DNA of 64,000 nucleotides from Podarcis filfolensis (taxonomy: Eukaryota), in the NCBI GenBank assembly GCA_964270895.1, contig OZ185442.1; one strand, written 5' to 3'. Shown here piece after piece: positions 22,770-35,590 of the stretch (the first letter of the stretch is position 1; each line of letters opens with the position of its first letter). Both the position numbers and the translations under genes were made by a program. The notes beneath the pieces are model-generated. The model worked only from the letters and a program-made list of their open reading frames with translations. It was not told the DNA's origin and did not search any database.

Positions 22770-24802
22770 TATTTCAGAAACTCTCTTCCAGAGGAAAGGT
22801 TTCACAACCTAGGGCTTTTGAAAAAGTTCCACGCCTACCAAAAAAATAATCAATTCAGAGAAAACAAATTATTGTTTGATTTAGCACTTTACCCAATATT
22901 TACTCCACAAACAATGAGCAGGCAAACTATTTTCATATATACGTAAATGTTGTCATGCTGTGGTTTGTGTGGCCACTGATACATGGCTGTGCTAATGAAG
23001 TTTGTGCTCCAGTGCAACAAGAGAACAGCAGGGAGGGAGGGAAGGGAGCAAGCAAGCAAGCATCAGGAGGCCAAGGTGAGCTTCTGATGGTGGAGGGCAA
23101 AGGTGCTTCAGAGAGCGGGTTGGTTGGGGTGAGTTGTAAGGAGATGGGAGGCTTGGGTGAGCAGGCAGATGATAAACAAGTGGGTGGATGAGGTGTAAAG
23201 ACACAGGCAATTGGTCAGGTGCAAATGGAGGAGGGGTTGACCAGGTGTGGGAAAATAAAGGGTTGGCAAAAGGTTGGCAGGTAGGTGAGGGTTGATGAGT
23301 GGATGGAGGGAATCACAACGGAAGAATCCCTGACAAATAACTACCCAACCATGGCTTCAAAAACCTCAAATGAAGGAGACTCCACCACCTTCTCAGTGAG
23401 CTTGTCGCCCTGTTGAACAGCTCTTACTGTCAGAAGGTTCTTCCTCATGCGAACAGTGAAGTCCCAGGAATCCTTAAAAGCTCGTCTAAAAAGCTGAGTT
23501 GGAACTTGCTTTCTAAAAGCTTAAAAAGAGGTGCACATCCTTGTGTACATTGTAAACTCTGCCACCACAATTGATCCAGCTTCTTTTGGGGGGAGAGGAG
23601 AGCCCTTGCCAACAACCTGCACAAACAGTGGCGGATTCCTGTCTGCTGATGTTGTGTTACTCACGCCTGGCAAAATTCTAAAGGGCTAAAAAACTCACAA
23701 GTTTATAAAAAAGAGCTGGGCACAGGCTGCGTTAGTCCCCCGTAGATCTTGTGTCTGTTGTTTAAAGTACTGCCAGAAATAAAATTTCCACCCAAATTCA
23801 AAACAGGAAGGCTCCCAGTCTTGCACACTGAAGCACAATGTTCTCCAACCTTGCATTTTGCCACCTTGCATTTTGTTTGGCCACAGGCAGGTGGCAATAT
23901 GGACTGCCATGAGAAGTGCTACTGGGCAGGTGGACAGCCCAAGTGAGGAGGGGAGGAGGGACATGAGGGACAGAAATACTGACCCAGGCAATGCGAGGAG
24001 GGGACCGAAGGATAGAGAAGCAGGTGGGAGGTCCAGGCAAGTGTCCGGATGAGGCGAGGAGAAAGGATCTGCCAGGTGAACAGTGTCATGGGGTGTGGAG
24101 GGAAGAACCAGAGGATGGAGAGGCAGATAAGCGAGCAGGTGGGTGGCCTAGGGTCTTTTTTTCCTTTGCAAGGTGTAAAAGGAGAGGGAAATGAGTTTGG
24201 CAAGATGTACAGGGAGAGGGTTCACAAGGTGTAAAGAAATGGAAGTGGGGGTTGGTGGAAGGGTGGGAGCATTGGAGAGTGAAGCAAGTAGAGGTCTGGA
24301 GAATGAAGCCCAGCTTTTCAGTGGTTGAAATGACTGGCTTGTTTTAGCACAAACTGAAACCTGGATGCAAATTTCTGTTCCTTTGTACTGTGATTATATA
24401 GCAAGCAAAGATCCATTGGTCCATATAACTCGGTGGGGGTGGGGAGCAGCCTCTGGTAAGAACAGATTAAGGTTATAAGCCTGGCTGTGAAGCAGACATG
24501 AAAATGGCAAGAGGGAGGCCACGCGCTTGCCCCATCTGGCAGCACAAGAGGTGATTTTTGGCAAGGCTCAATAGCACTCAAAGGGCGACCCATCTAAATG
24601 ATGTATATGCAACATTCATTTCCTTGAAGGGGAGTTGTAAAACCTGTCATGAACAGAGACGGGAGTGGAAGATGTCCGAAGGGGGAGAAAGAGGGGCTCC
24701 ACATACCAGTGAAATGGTGCAGAGAAGCAATGGAACTGCAGAAGGGGCTGGATCTGATTACAAGGAGGGCAACTGAGCCACGTGGCCATATGGAAAAGCT
24801 GT

Positions 24803-24806
24803 TGTG

Positions 24807-24840
<34 letters not shown>
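24803..24840. repeat. (GT)n microsatellite
   Basis: Direct reading. Confidence 0.95.
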
Positions 24841-24844
<4 letters not shown>

Positions 24845-25669
24845 AGAACAGCTATGAACATTCTTATGCCAAAGGTGAAAAGTCAAATGGATTTGCCTTT
24901 CATTGGGGTTGGCATTATTTCCTTTTAGCGACACACAGAGAGGAATAATATTGCTTCTCTAGTTTGTTGGTGCAGGACACGGAGTGGAGCTGCACCTTCT
25001 TCCCTATAATGCGAGCTGAGCCAGGGCTGCCCCCGCCACGTCTGCTGCCTCTGCCTCTTCCTCCGAATCCTGCCACTGCAGGGTTCTTGGCAGTAGTGGT
25101 TACAGTGACAGCAGCATTGGTGTGCCTGCAAGCAGCCAGGCCTGCCATAGCTGGGGAGCCCCATTGCAGCCGCCACCATTTCCCCTGCCACCGACCACGA
25201 CTGCTGTGGCAGCGGCTGTGGTGGATCCCATCTCAGCCATGCTGCAGTCTGGTCTTCAGGACGCTTGCCTGGTACGCCACCGTGCTCGGTGTGCTAGGCT
25301 AGGCACTTGGCCTCCTTTTGGCATCGCACATGTGCGCAATGTCATAGGCACACACTGCATGAACTGTTGCATCAGAGCCACAATGTGCCCCTGAGCCACC
25401 TCCCCCAAATGTTGGGGCCAGGCCAGCACCTCTGCATGGGATCCATCATTGGATGGGGGAAGTTCTGGTGAGTCCATCAGACAAGAAAGGACAAGGCAGC
25501 AGTGGGAAATGAGAGCACTGAAGAAAAAGAGGAATATTCTTCACACCATCAACATGGTTTGCAAACAATGCTGAAATATCTAGTTGCAAATGGAAAACTG
25601 AAATCAGTGAAAATTCCAGGTGCAGTCTCAAAGAGCTCAACTCCCAGTCAGGCGTGGAGAGCTTTGAAC

Positions 25670-25860
25670 ATTTAATTATTACATTTATATCCCACCTTTT
25701 CCTCCAAGTACATTGTTCCTCCCCTTCTCATTTAACTCCCACAACAATTCTGTGAGTTTGGTTAGGCTACAGTAAGTGATTGGCTCAAAGTCACCCAGTC
25801 AGCTTCATAGCCAAGTGGAGATTTGAACTCTGGTCTCCAAAGTCCTAGTCTGACACACTG
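25670..25860 (-). mobile_element. MIR/Ther1-like SINE
   Basis: tttatatcccacctttt...acaacaattctgtgag...gtcacccagtcagcttcatag...gatttgaactctggtctcc. Confidence 0.7.
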
Positions 25861-28276
25861 TCTTTTTCTTTTTCTATAAATTTTAAAAAGTTAATTATTA
25901 AATTGTTTCAACACATAACAACACAATGCAAGTAAATAATGAAATGTCCCACTGTAACCCAGAAGCTGGCCTTTAGGCAATACATACATAATAGCAACCA
26001 AATAGCAAAAGTCCTTGTCCCAAACTATTATCTGATGCTCTAACCACTACAACACATTGGCTCTCCTTGTTTGGACCAGCAACATGGATAGGCCTTCTGA
26101 ACTGGTTCCCAAAGAAATACATGCTTGTCCTTTTTGATGTTGGTATTGAGGGGTGTGTGTGTGGAAGTAAGAGACCACAAATCTCTCTCCCCCCCCCCCC
26201 GGGAAAATTCTCATTTCCTTGTGTGTTCTTGCTAACCACATATTGGCTGGCCCTTCTTAACCACAGCTCCAGGACCTGCTTAAATTCAGCTCTTGAGTGG
26301 AAATTGCGGGTTCATAAAAAGCCTGGAATCTTAAAATTATGGTTCCCACAGCAACTGCAAAATGGCAATTATCTTCATTTTGTCCATTCCTGCAACAGGA
26401 AGACGTATCGATCTCCTAAATCTACAGCCTCCCTTTTATTGCAGCTTAAATTAACATCTTGACGATGGCAGGTGGGCGAGGAAGAGGAGAGGAGAGGTGT
26501 GAGGGCTGGACTCTGGCCACCATTCCCCTTTCTTTCGAGACGTCCCTGCCTGCCCCCACCAGCATAGAACATTTGCAAAGAAAACCCACTCCCACTTTGA
26601 AAAGCCGAGCCCCCTCAAAATGCATCATGGTTAATTTATTTCCAGTTAGATCATTAGATTGACTCCTTGCAACAAACATAATTCATGGGATAGGCTGTGT
26701 CAACCCCTCTCTTTCTATATATCATCTATAATAAATATCGCCACAATAAAATTCATTGCTTGTGGCACTCCTTATTAATGTCAGCACAGCTCAGCAAAGA
26801 GATATAATATCAGCCTGACCGGGAAGAATTTATACAGCTCCTGCTTGGCCTGCTCTGTTGGAAGGACTGGGCCAGCTGGACACATGCAAATGTACACCCA
26901 GGGCAGGCTCTATCATTAGGCAGAGTGAGGCACTTGCCTCAGATAGCAAATGGTGCAGGGCAGGGATTGGCAGCAAAGTACTAGAGGACAGAGCTATATG
27001 AGCCATGTGACTTGCACCTCAAAACTAGACTATTGCCCCCAGGGTTGAAATAAGATTCATCTGATCGGCTTCTGTGTGTGGAATGGGCAGACACCATTTT
27101 TGCCCCATTGCTGAGACTCGGCAGGAATCTGGGGCTAGGAGTTTCCAAGGAACTCTTACCTGAGAGCAGAATCCACATATGAAATCAGTCCAGAGGTCAG
27201 GGAATCCAGATGGTCACAGAACTAAGGGTCCAGATGGAGAGCAGGAAGCAGGAAGGTAGAGCCAGGAACTACAGGTGCTGTTTCCAGCACCTGACTGCTG
27301 CTGAGAGCTCTGTGAAGGCTGATCAGCTTCAGGTGGAATCACTCTGCCTTCTCCCCCTTCAGGCTGCTGTTCAGCAGGCAAAGCTGACTCCTGGCCCATG
27401 GCAATTTTGTCTTTTGCCTCCAGTGGCAAAATATATTGGGGCGGTCCCATGAACACCACTCGCCAATTAAATAATTAGGAGCCCTGCTAAGGATGCCAAT
27501 TAGGAGATACTCTGGGATGGTATGCTGATGATCCCAGAGCCCCCACAGCTGGATGGCTGAGGAGCTTATCCCATCAACTCCCAGCCCACTCTCCTGCACC
27601 CTAGTTGACCTTCCTTTCCCTTCCTGCTTCTCTAAGCACAATTCTTCTTGAATTACTAGACCTACAGAAGAAGCAGCAACTTGGGGGTAAGTGTCTCACA
27701 AGTGGGTAGGACCCCTAAAGCCACTAGGGGAAAATACTGATCCTCCCCAGGTTTTATTTGGTGGGGAGGGGGATGGTTGTGTGTGAGGGACAGGTTCAAA
27801 GCCCAGCCACAAGCTTCTTAGATAACCTCTTTGAGTCTCAGATAATGCAGAGGCCTTGGAATACATACTTGATCATGTCCGCTTCAGAAATAGTCAGGGA
27901 TGCTTAACTCTGCATTAGGTGAATAAATGTTGGGCAAGGGCTCTGCATTTAGCACCTGTAAGTGTACAAAACAATTGTCAGGGGTGTGCATGCTGTCTGC
28001 ACACAACAGGCTTCTTCAAAGACCCACCACGCTTCCAGGTGGGGATTTACTGTGGGGCAGGTGAGCCTCATGTAGGTACATATTTTTTGCAGCATCAGAA
28101 CAATGTTACTGACATTAAGATGCCAAGCTGTATTATATCTACCCCTCCCCCCAGTTCGGCCATTTAATCCAGATTTACCCTTTCCAGAGAAAATCAGAAA
28201 TGTTGAAAAACAAAACAAAACCAGCAACCTGTTGCCAGTAACCCATTTGCAATACCTGAGTGACCTGTTTACAGTA

Positions 28277-28502
28277 CAGTGGTACCTCGGGTTAAGTACT
28301 TAATTCGTTCTGGAGGTCCGTACTTAACCTGAAACTGTTCTTAACCTGAAGCACCACTTTAGCTAATGGGGCCTCCGGCTGCCGCCGTGCCGCTGGAGCA
28401 CGATTTCTGTTCTCATCCTGAAGCAAAGTTCTTAACCTGAAGTACTATTTCTGGGTTAGCGGAGTCTGTAACCTGAAGCGTATGTAACCTGAGGTACCAC
28501 TG
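28277..28502. mobile_element. Tigger/pogo-like MITE (about 230-bp family)
   Basis: cagtggtacctcgggtta...aacctgaggtaccactg with TA TSD. Confidence 0.92.
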
Positions 28503-28649
28503 TATTACATCCCTGCCTGTAATACATCCCCAGATTACTCTTGGCATGGATCAACAATCTATGGATATGCAGAGCTCTGTTGCACTCCATTCCACACCAA
28601 GCTGTTTTTCTACCCTGTTTGTGTCTTGAGTGTGATGGACCTTGTAAAC

Positions 28650-30075
28650 ACAAGTAGAGCCCATCTAGTCTAGCATCCTGTTCTCAAAGTGGTCAATCAG
28701 ATGTCCTAATGGAAAAGCAGAAAGCAGGACCTAAGTGCAACAGTACCCTCTCCATACTTGCTGTTCCCAGTGACTTACCGTATTTTTTGCACCATAACAC
28801 TCACTTTTTTCCTCCTAGAAAATAAGGGGAAATGTCTGTGCGTGTTATGGAGGGAATGCCTACGGGTGGCGGGGGGGGGGATCTGCTGCAGTCGTGAGCA
28901 GAGGATCCATGATTCCCCTTCCATCCCTCCTCCGTGGCTCGCTTTGAAACAGCAAAGCGGGAGAAGAGCCACTGAGTGGGGAGGAGAGAGGGACAGAGAG
29001 CCTGCTTGCTTTAAAGGAGCAAAGCGGGAGAGGAGAGGAGCCGCTTACATGAGTGTAAGTGGCTCCTGTCCGGTTGGTTCCTTTAAAGCAAGCAGGCTCT
29101 CTGTCCCTCTCTCCTCCCCACTCAGCTTGCTACATAGCAGCAAAGTTTTTCAGCTCGCTAAGCCGGGGATGAGCGGGGAGGAGGGAGAAAAGCAGAGCCT
29201 GCTTGCTTTAAAGGAGCAAAGTGGGAGAGGAGAGGAGCCTTCTCCCCTTATACCCCTCTTCTTCATTATTAGCAGCATCCTTCTCCACCCACCCCAGGCG
29301 TGTTCCTTCTCCCCTTAAACCCCTCGCCTGCATTATTAGCAGCATCCTTCTCCACACACCCCACGCATGCTCCTTGTCCCTTGAGTGCTTTTCCTTCCCT
29401 CCCCACTTAAAACGTGGTTACAAAGCACGGATCCACATGGATCCTCAGGATTTTTGCACTGGGTCACCCCAAATTCACCATCAGAGCACATAGCATTTCC
29501 ATGGCTGCATCTTGCACCAAAAAAACACGCACCCACTTGCCTGGGGCCGCAGTGGTGCAAAAACGTGGTTACAAAGCATGGATCCACATGGATCCTCAGG
29601 ATTTTTGCATTGGGCTACTCCAAACTTACTGTCAGATCACATGTCTGTGGCCACAGCATGAACCACAAAAATCATACACCTACTGTTTCATTTAGAATAT
29701 TTTTTTTCTTGTTTTCCTCCTCTAAAAACTACGTGCGTGTTATGGTCAGGTGCGTGTTATAGAGCGAAAAATACGGGTATATTCAGAGGCACTTACTGCC
29801 TCCAGTGGTGGAGGTAGAACATAGCCATTGTGGTTAGCAGCCATGGATAGCCTTATTTTCCATGAATTTGTCTAATCCTGTTTTAAAACCATTGCTGCTT
29901 CATGTGAGAACAACTTTCAGAGTTTAAATATGTACAGTGTCAAGAAGGACTGTCTTTTGTCCATCCTGAATCTTCTAATGTTCAGCTTCATTGGTTGCCC
30001 CTGAGATCTAGAGATGTAATTTTATATGCCTCTATCATGTCTACTTTTACTTGACTTTTCTCAAAACTAAAAGGC
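28650..30075 (-). mobile_element. CR1 3' fragment split by a Tc2-like element
   Basis: CR1 3' UTR sequence at 28650-28775 resumes at 29778 (attcagaggcacttactgcctcc...ctagccatt-like). Confidence 0.7.
28778..29777 (+). mobile_element. Tc1/mariner-superfamily (Tc2/pogo-like) non-autonomous element, long form (about 1 kb)
   Basis: TIRs ccgtattttt/aaaaatacgg with flanking TA; no transposase ORF; internal direct repeat of about 55 bp at 29409 and 29559. Confidence 0.9.
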
Positions 30076-30759
30076 ACAAGCTTTCTCCAAGGATATGTAG
30101 TAGAAATTGTATCTTCTTTATGGGACTGAATGGGTTCAAGGCAGGATGGAAGAGTCTTAGGACCTGTCCCTACATCAGCTTAATGTGGTTTGTGAATCCC
30201 TTCTGCCTCCTTTAATTCCCCCTTGTCTGTGCGGCAAACTACTGCTGCCCCACACTTTCTCCTTTCTAAATCCAGAGATTCCCTATGCTTTGAAAATCTA
30301 ATCAGGGCTACATCGATTGTCCACCTCCCTTTAACCTTTTCTCTAGTCCAGAATACTCATCTTGCATTCAAGTACTCTGACTAACAGATCTGTGGGCTGG
30401 ATCTTGGTCTTGCACTCTCTGCTGAAGGAATGCATCTGGGTCAGATTACACAGCAATCCTCTGTTGCCACCTGAGCCCAGGGAAAGGACACCAGGCATTT
30501 CAGCAGATCAATGGCCTTTAAATGTCAACCTCTTGCGAGTGGCCATGCAAGAAGGTAACCCTTGCAAGCATGCCTATCACCTTCAGTTGCAGGGTGATGG
30601 AACAGCTTGGATTCCAGTGCTTTAGGTCAATCTGCTTAAAACCACATTTTCGTATATTCTTATGTGGATGCCCCTGTGTTCTGAGGGAAAGAGGGAGCCC
30701 TAGGGAGAGGCTAAGCTAGCTAACAACACCCAGCCCCCTTCCCACAACGACTCAGGGAT

Positions 30760-31620
30760 ACAACCCACCCACTGAGATGGTTCCCCTGTGCGCCAGCTGT
30801 TTGTTGTTTTCGTCTAGTTAGTCTTTCCTTTGTCTCCTTGGAAGGGTGATTTATGAGCACCAATCAGCTGTAGGAAATGCTGTATGGAAAGCCCAGCGAT
30901 ATTTGGCTAGTCTTGAAAAGGGATCTTTCATTTAGACTGGGGGGGGGGTGCAAATGCCTGCGGCAATTCCAGACCCTGTTACGTGCTCTTGATGTTCCTG
31001 AAATTGGTCTTTGCTTTCTCCCTGGCAGAGCACGATTGTCTCACTTACAGAGTCAAGTTCCCAATCGCATTCTTGCGTGCAACTGGGGCTTGAGTTTCCT
31101 TGCCAGGGGAAGCCTGTGTGTGTCCACTAGCGTTGATGCTGCACACGCAGATTGAGCTGCCAGAACATAGGCGGTGGTGGTGGTGGGAAAGCTTCTTTCA
31201 TGAGGGGGGGGGGAACCTGGCATTTCTGAGTGCGTGTTAATAATTAAACCCCGCCGCACAGTGGCTTGTTCATATTTAAACGGTATTAGTGTTGCAAACC
31301 GTCTCGATTGGTTTAATATTCATCCTGTAGTCAAGTCTCTGAAAAGTGGTGGCACCTGATTTAAATTGCTCCTGTCAGTTTTGATTAAAAATTAACTTGA
31401 GTACAGTTAAAAGGAAATTTCATTAACATTCTTTTGGAGCGATCCCGTGCAATTTAAAGGAACAATTAATACGATTGGTTTGTAGGTCTGCAAAGAGAGG
31501 AATCGTTTTGTAAAATATCCATCTGAGAAAAGGCACTTCCCTAGGATTTCTGAACAGAGAAACGGCTCACACATTCACTTATTCTGGGAGAACAGTGAGA
31601 AGGTATTGCAGTGGATAGTT
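30760..31620. promoter_or_regulatory. Candidate highly conserved enhancer (homeobox/PBX-HOX/MEIS motifs)
   Basis: TGATTTATG 30847, TGATTTAA 31357 next to CTGTCA 31372, many TAAT/ATTA cores, CGATTGGTTT twice, about a dozen CpGs, no repeat recognised. Confidence 0.5.
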
Positions 31621-32229
31621 TCCAGGTGGTGTGAACATGTCATTTGCATTACCCAAGGGTTATTTGAGGGTTCATAGATCCATGCACCCTGCCTATATCG
31701 TCAGCTATATATTGGAATGGGACCAGCATGCAGTTTGCCAAAACATTGGGACCAAGATGGTGTTAAAGCATCTCACCAGGGACAGATTCCTGGAGGTGTG
31801 GGTGTATGATTTGGAGTGACCAAAGGCTTAGTTTGGGAGACACCTCCTAGTTCCTTGTCCATTTATATGCAAAATTGCAAGTTTGGGCATGGGGGCACTA
31901 TGCCTGACAGTGTTTCAGGCAAAAACAGAGAATTGGACCAGATAGACAAAATGGACCTCTCTCCCAGGGGACAGTTGCCTACTGGTGTGGATATATGATG
32001 TGGGGATATGATGCATCCCACCACTTCCTTATTCATTAATACATACAGATAGTTGGCAATTATTGGCACAGGTCCAGCATGCTTGGCAGTGCCTTATGCA
32101 AAAACAAAGCCTTGGAAGAAACATGGTGACAATCCTGCTGGTGTGGATGAGCCACCCAAGGCATGGTCTGTCCAGGGATGAAATGCCCCCATGTGCATAT
32201 CCATCAGTGTAACTTGGGGGGCATCATCC

Positions 32230-32410
32230 ATTAAAAGGTGTGGTGTGGTGGTTAACATGTTGGACTAGGACCTGGAAGAGACTAGTGTTCAAACCCCCCA
32301 CAAAGCCATGAAGAAGCTCACCGGGTGAGACCTTGGGCCAGTTGCTGCCTTTTGCTAACCTACCTCATGTGGTTGTTGTGGGGATTAACTGAGGAGGGGG
32401 AGAACCATGT
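32230..32410 (+). mobile_element. MIR/Ther1-like SINE
   Basis: gtggtgtggtggttaacatgttggactaggacctgg...gaccttgggccagttgc...acctacctcatgtggttgttgtggggatta. Confidence 0.7.
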
Positions 32411-32889
32411 GAATGACTCTACAATTATATGATGATATGATTTAATGCAAAAAATAAGGGCCCTTATCTCAATACAGGAGACAGGTTGCCATTCAGGTAG
32501 CTTTGAGAATTCCTTATACACTGCTGGTACATGTGATTGCCCAGACTGACCACCAGATATATTGGAAAAATATCTAATCCCATCAGAGGCAGGACTGAGG
32601 TTTCCTGTGGTGATCTCACTTCATTTAAACCCAGGGCACCAGTTCCCAGAATTTCTCTTCCCTCTGTTCCATTCCTGCTAGTCCCAATTCCTGCCACTGG
32701 GTTTTTCTTGTTTTCTTGTTTTTGAGCAGACTCTTGTATTCCAATCTACACCTGATCAGATTTTCAATGGCTTCCTCTGATGGATTCTTACACAAATGCT
32801 TAATTGCCTTAATCAGAACTTTCTTAGTTGCTTTGCACTGACTGCCAAACCAGCCAAGGTGTGTTGATTGTGTGTAGTTATTAACTGTA

Positions 32890-33248
32890 AAAAAGGTAAA
32901 GGTAAAGGACCCCTGACGGTTAAGTCCAGTTGTGAATGACTCTGGGGTTGCGGCGCTCATCTTGCTTTACTGGCCGAGGGAAACGACGTTTGTCTGCAGA
33001 CAGTTTTTCTGGGTCATGTGGCCAGCTTGACTAAGCTGCTTCTGGTGAAACCAGAGCAGCATACGAAAACACTGTTTACCTTCCCTCTGGAGTGGTACCT
33101 TGCACTTTGACGTGCTTTCGAACTGCTAGGTTGGCAGGATCTGGGACCGAGCAATGAGAGCTCACCCCATCATGGGGATTCGAACTGCCGCCCTTCTGAT
33201 CAGCAAGCCCTAGGCTCAGTGTTTAGACCACAGCACCACCCGCGTCTC
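32890..33248 (-). mobile_element. Sauria SINE, second subfamily
   Basis: Diagnostic gacgtttgtctgcagacagttttt and cggttaagtcc; 13-bp TSD gttattaactgta (32877-32889, 33252-33264). Confidence 0.95.
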
Positions 33249-33461
33249 ATGGTTATTAACTGTAGAAGTTATCAAATAGGGTCTGAGTTCTATGTCAATT
33301 TGCTGGAAGACATCAGCAAATTTGCTCATAAAAAGTTGGCACAGGCTCTTCAGGTGATTACCATATTGTGTCTCTTGAATATTGCTGCTCAGTTTGTGAA
33401 ACCATTCCAGTCTTTTCACACCATGTATTTCTTCACATGCTCTTGTAGATTCAGTTGTAGG

Positions 33462-33601
33462 CAGGGATTTTTTTCCAGCCAGAGGCCACACAGGAGCTCA
33501 GCTCTGGCACCTCTCAGGTGCGTGCCATTGCCACTCTAAGAGAACAAGGGAGAAGTTCATGGTGAGCTCTGGCACCTCTTCTTCTAGAAAAAATAGCACT
33601 G
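33462..33601. mobile_element. hAT-type MITE
   Basis: Right end ctagaaaaaatagcactg resembles 4635-4750; 8-bp TSD gttgtagg / gttgttgg (7 of 8 match). Confidence 0.75.
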
Positions 33602-34257
33602 GTTGTTGGTATGCGTTCTATTAAAGGACATAGGGTCACCAACATTGTAAAATGGTCATTTTCTGTTCTTTCTAAGACTTCAAAAGGATTCACAAAAGTG
33701 AATAATGAAGGACAGACTATAATTTGATCAATAGTACTTTCACCATGTTTGTTTAAATAAGTATATTGACCCTTACATAGGTCTACAGGACTCCTGTGGA
33801 GAACATACACATTACAGTGGAATGCAATTAACAAGCATTTCAGGCCCTGTGCTTTATATCTGTTGTCCAAAGAACATCGTGAGGTTGGGGGAAAACTTCA
33901 GAGACTCAACAAAAGCAAATATGTTTCCTGAACCAGTCAAGTATATGTAGAGCACTGGTTCTCAAAACTTATCTCTGGCCCACATTTTCAAAAGAAAAAT
34001 TTGCTTGTGCCACACAGAATTTTGTATTGATAAGAAAGACATTGGAAAACAAGAAGAAACAACTCCTAGCAGTGCTTGATTTATAACATAGAACATAACT
34101 ACTTTACCATATGATCATGGGGCATCCAGAAAGTATAAAACAATGCAGCTATATAAAAACACAAATCATTCCCAAAATATAACTATAAATGAGTCTTAAG
34201 TATGTATACAAACTCAAGGAGAGATGTGAGTTTGCTTTTGCCAGGTAATCTCATGTA

Positions 34258-34597
34258 AAGGTAAAGGAACCCCTGACCATTAGGTCCAGTCATGACCGAC
34301 TCTGGGGTTGTGGCACTCATCTCGCTTTATTGGCCAAGGGAGCCAGCGTACAGGTCATGTGGCCAGCATGACTAAGTTGCTTCTGGTGAACCAGAGCAGC
34401 GCACGGAAACGCCGTTTACTTTCCCGCCGGAGCGGTACCTATTTATCTACTTGCACTTTGTGCTTTCGAACTTCTAGGTTGGCAGGAGCAGGGACCGAGC
34501 AACGGGAGCTCACCCCATCGCAGGGATTTGAACCGCCGACCTTCTGATCAGCAAGTCCTAGGCTCTGTGGTTTAACCCACAGCACCACCCGCGTCCC
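34258..34597 (-). mobile_element. Sauria SINE, full length
   Basis: Head ends ...cccgcgtccc; 12-bp TSD taatctcatgta (34246-34257, 34598-34609). Confidence 0.95.
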
Positions 34598-35199
34598 TAA
34601 TCTCATGTATATTAGGTCTAATCTGAGACAAACAAACTCTCATCACAAAGAAGCAATTCTCTTCTCTGATCTTTCATATTTGTCAGAGTGGAAAATCCCT
34701 GTTTACAACAACATGTTGTAGAAAACTGTAGAATATTCAATGCTCTTGAAGAAAGGCATGGATACTGATTCTGATTGTATATCCAGAGTCAAGTGGCATA
34801 CTACCCTGTTTCATTTTCAAGGTAAAATCAGGCCATTTCCTCTTCCTCATTCAATGTCAGTCCTGAACCACTGCAATTCGCAAAGGGGTCTCTAACCCAG
34901 TCAAAATTTTCTATAGACAACAATGTGAAGTAATGATCAACCTTTTCTACCCATGTTGCAAGATGTTCCTGAATGAGACTGTACAATTCATTGCTTGTCT
35001 TTAATTTTTTTTACAAGTGGGAACATTTTGAGATTATGTTTCATCGCTCTTCTGCACTAGAGCTGAAGCCTTTTTTAAATAAAAAAAAAGCTAGTTTGCC
35101 TGTAATAGTGAGGATATTGTCATTGTAGGCTTGCATACCAGCATTGAGCTCATTCAACTGGGTAAAGATATTGGCCAGCTATAGCAGTTTTACACACTA

Positions 35200-35590
35200 G
35201 TCGTTGTCATCCACCTGGTGCAACAGGTTCCCTTCTTGTTCCAAAAACTTTGTTCTTCAGTTGCAAGACCCGATTTAAAACTTTTTCATGGGACAGACAG
35301 CAAACCTCCAAGTGCAAGGATAGGCAGTGATGTCTTGAATCCATGTCTTTGCAGAGTTGAGCAAAGGTGCAGCGGCCAGAACTATCCAAAATATTCCAAG
35401 TGTAGCTGCACCATCGATTTCTGTAGCAGCCTTATGATATTGGCAGTTTTATTTTCAATTCCTTTCCAAATGATCCCTAACATTGCATTTGCCTTTACCA
35501 CGGCTGCCACAGCTAGGTCAACAGTTTTGTCAAACCATTGACTACAACCCCAACGTCTCTTTACTGATCACTTTCCTTTAATTGCTAGGC
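35200..35590 (-). mobile_element. CR1 LINE ORF2 C-terminal fragment
   Basis: ggccagaactatccaaaatattccaagtgtagctgcacc...gcattgcatttgcctttaccacggctgcc is the reverse complement of the CR1 A..KANA...HLEYCVQFW region. Confidence 0.75.

Larger units (their letters stand above)
32465..33880 (-). mobile_element. Degenerate APE-type non-LTR retrotransposon ORF2 (endonuclease plus linker), clade unresolved
   Basis: Minus strand, in order: G.YTY...GESTID.IIV and ENDHF (APE motifs, 33738-33649), WFGSQCK (32852-32835), KFWELV (32655-32639), LPEWQPVS (32500-32477). Interrupted by a SINE and a MITE. Confidence 0.8.

Noticed and set aside
28758-29762. 186-aa and 125-aa ORFs as a transposase
   Set aside because: They lie inside a non-autonomous TIR element and show no DDE or HTH motifs.
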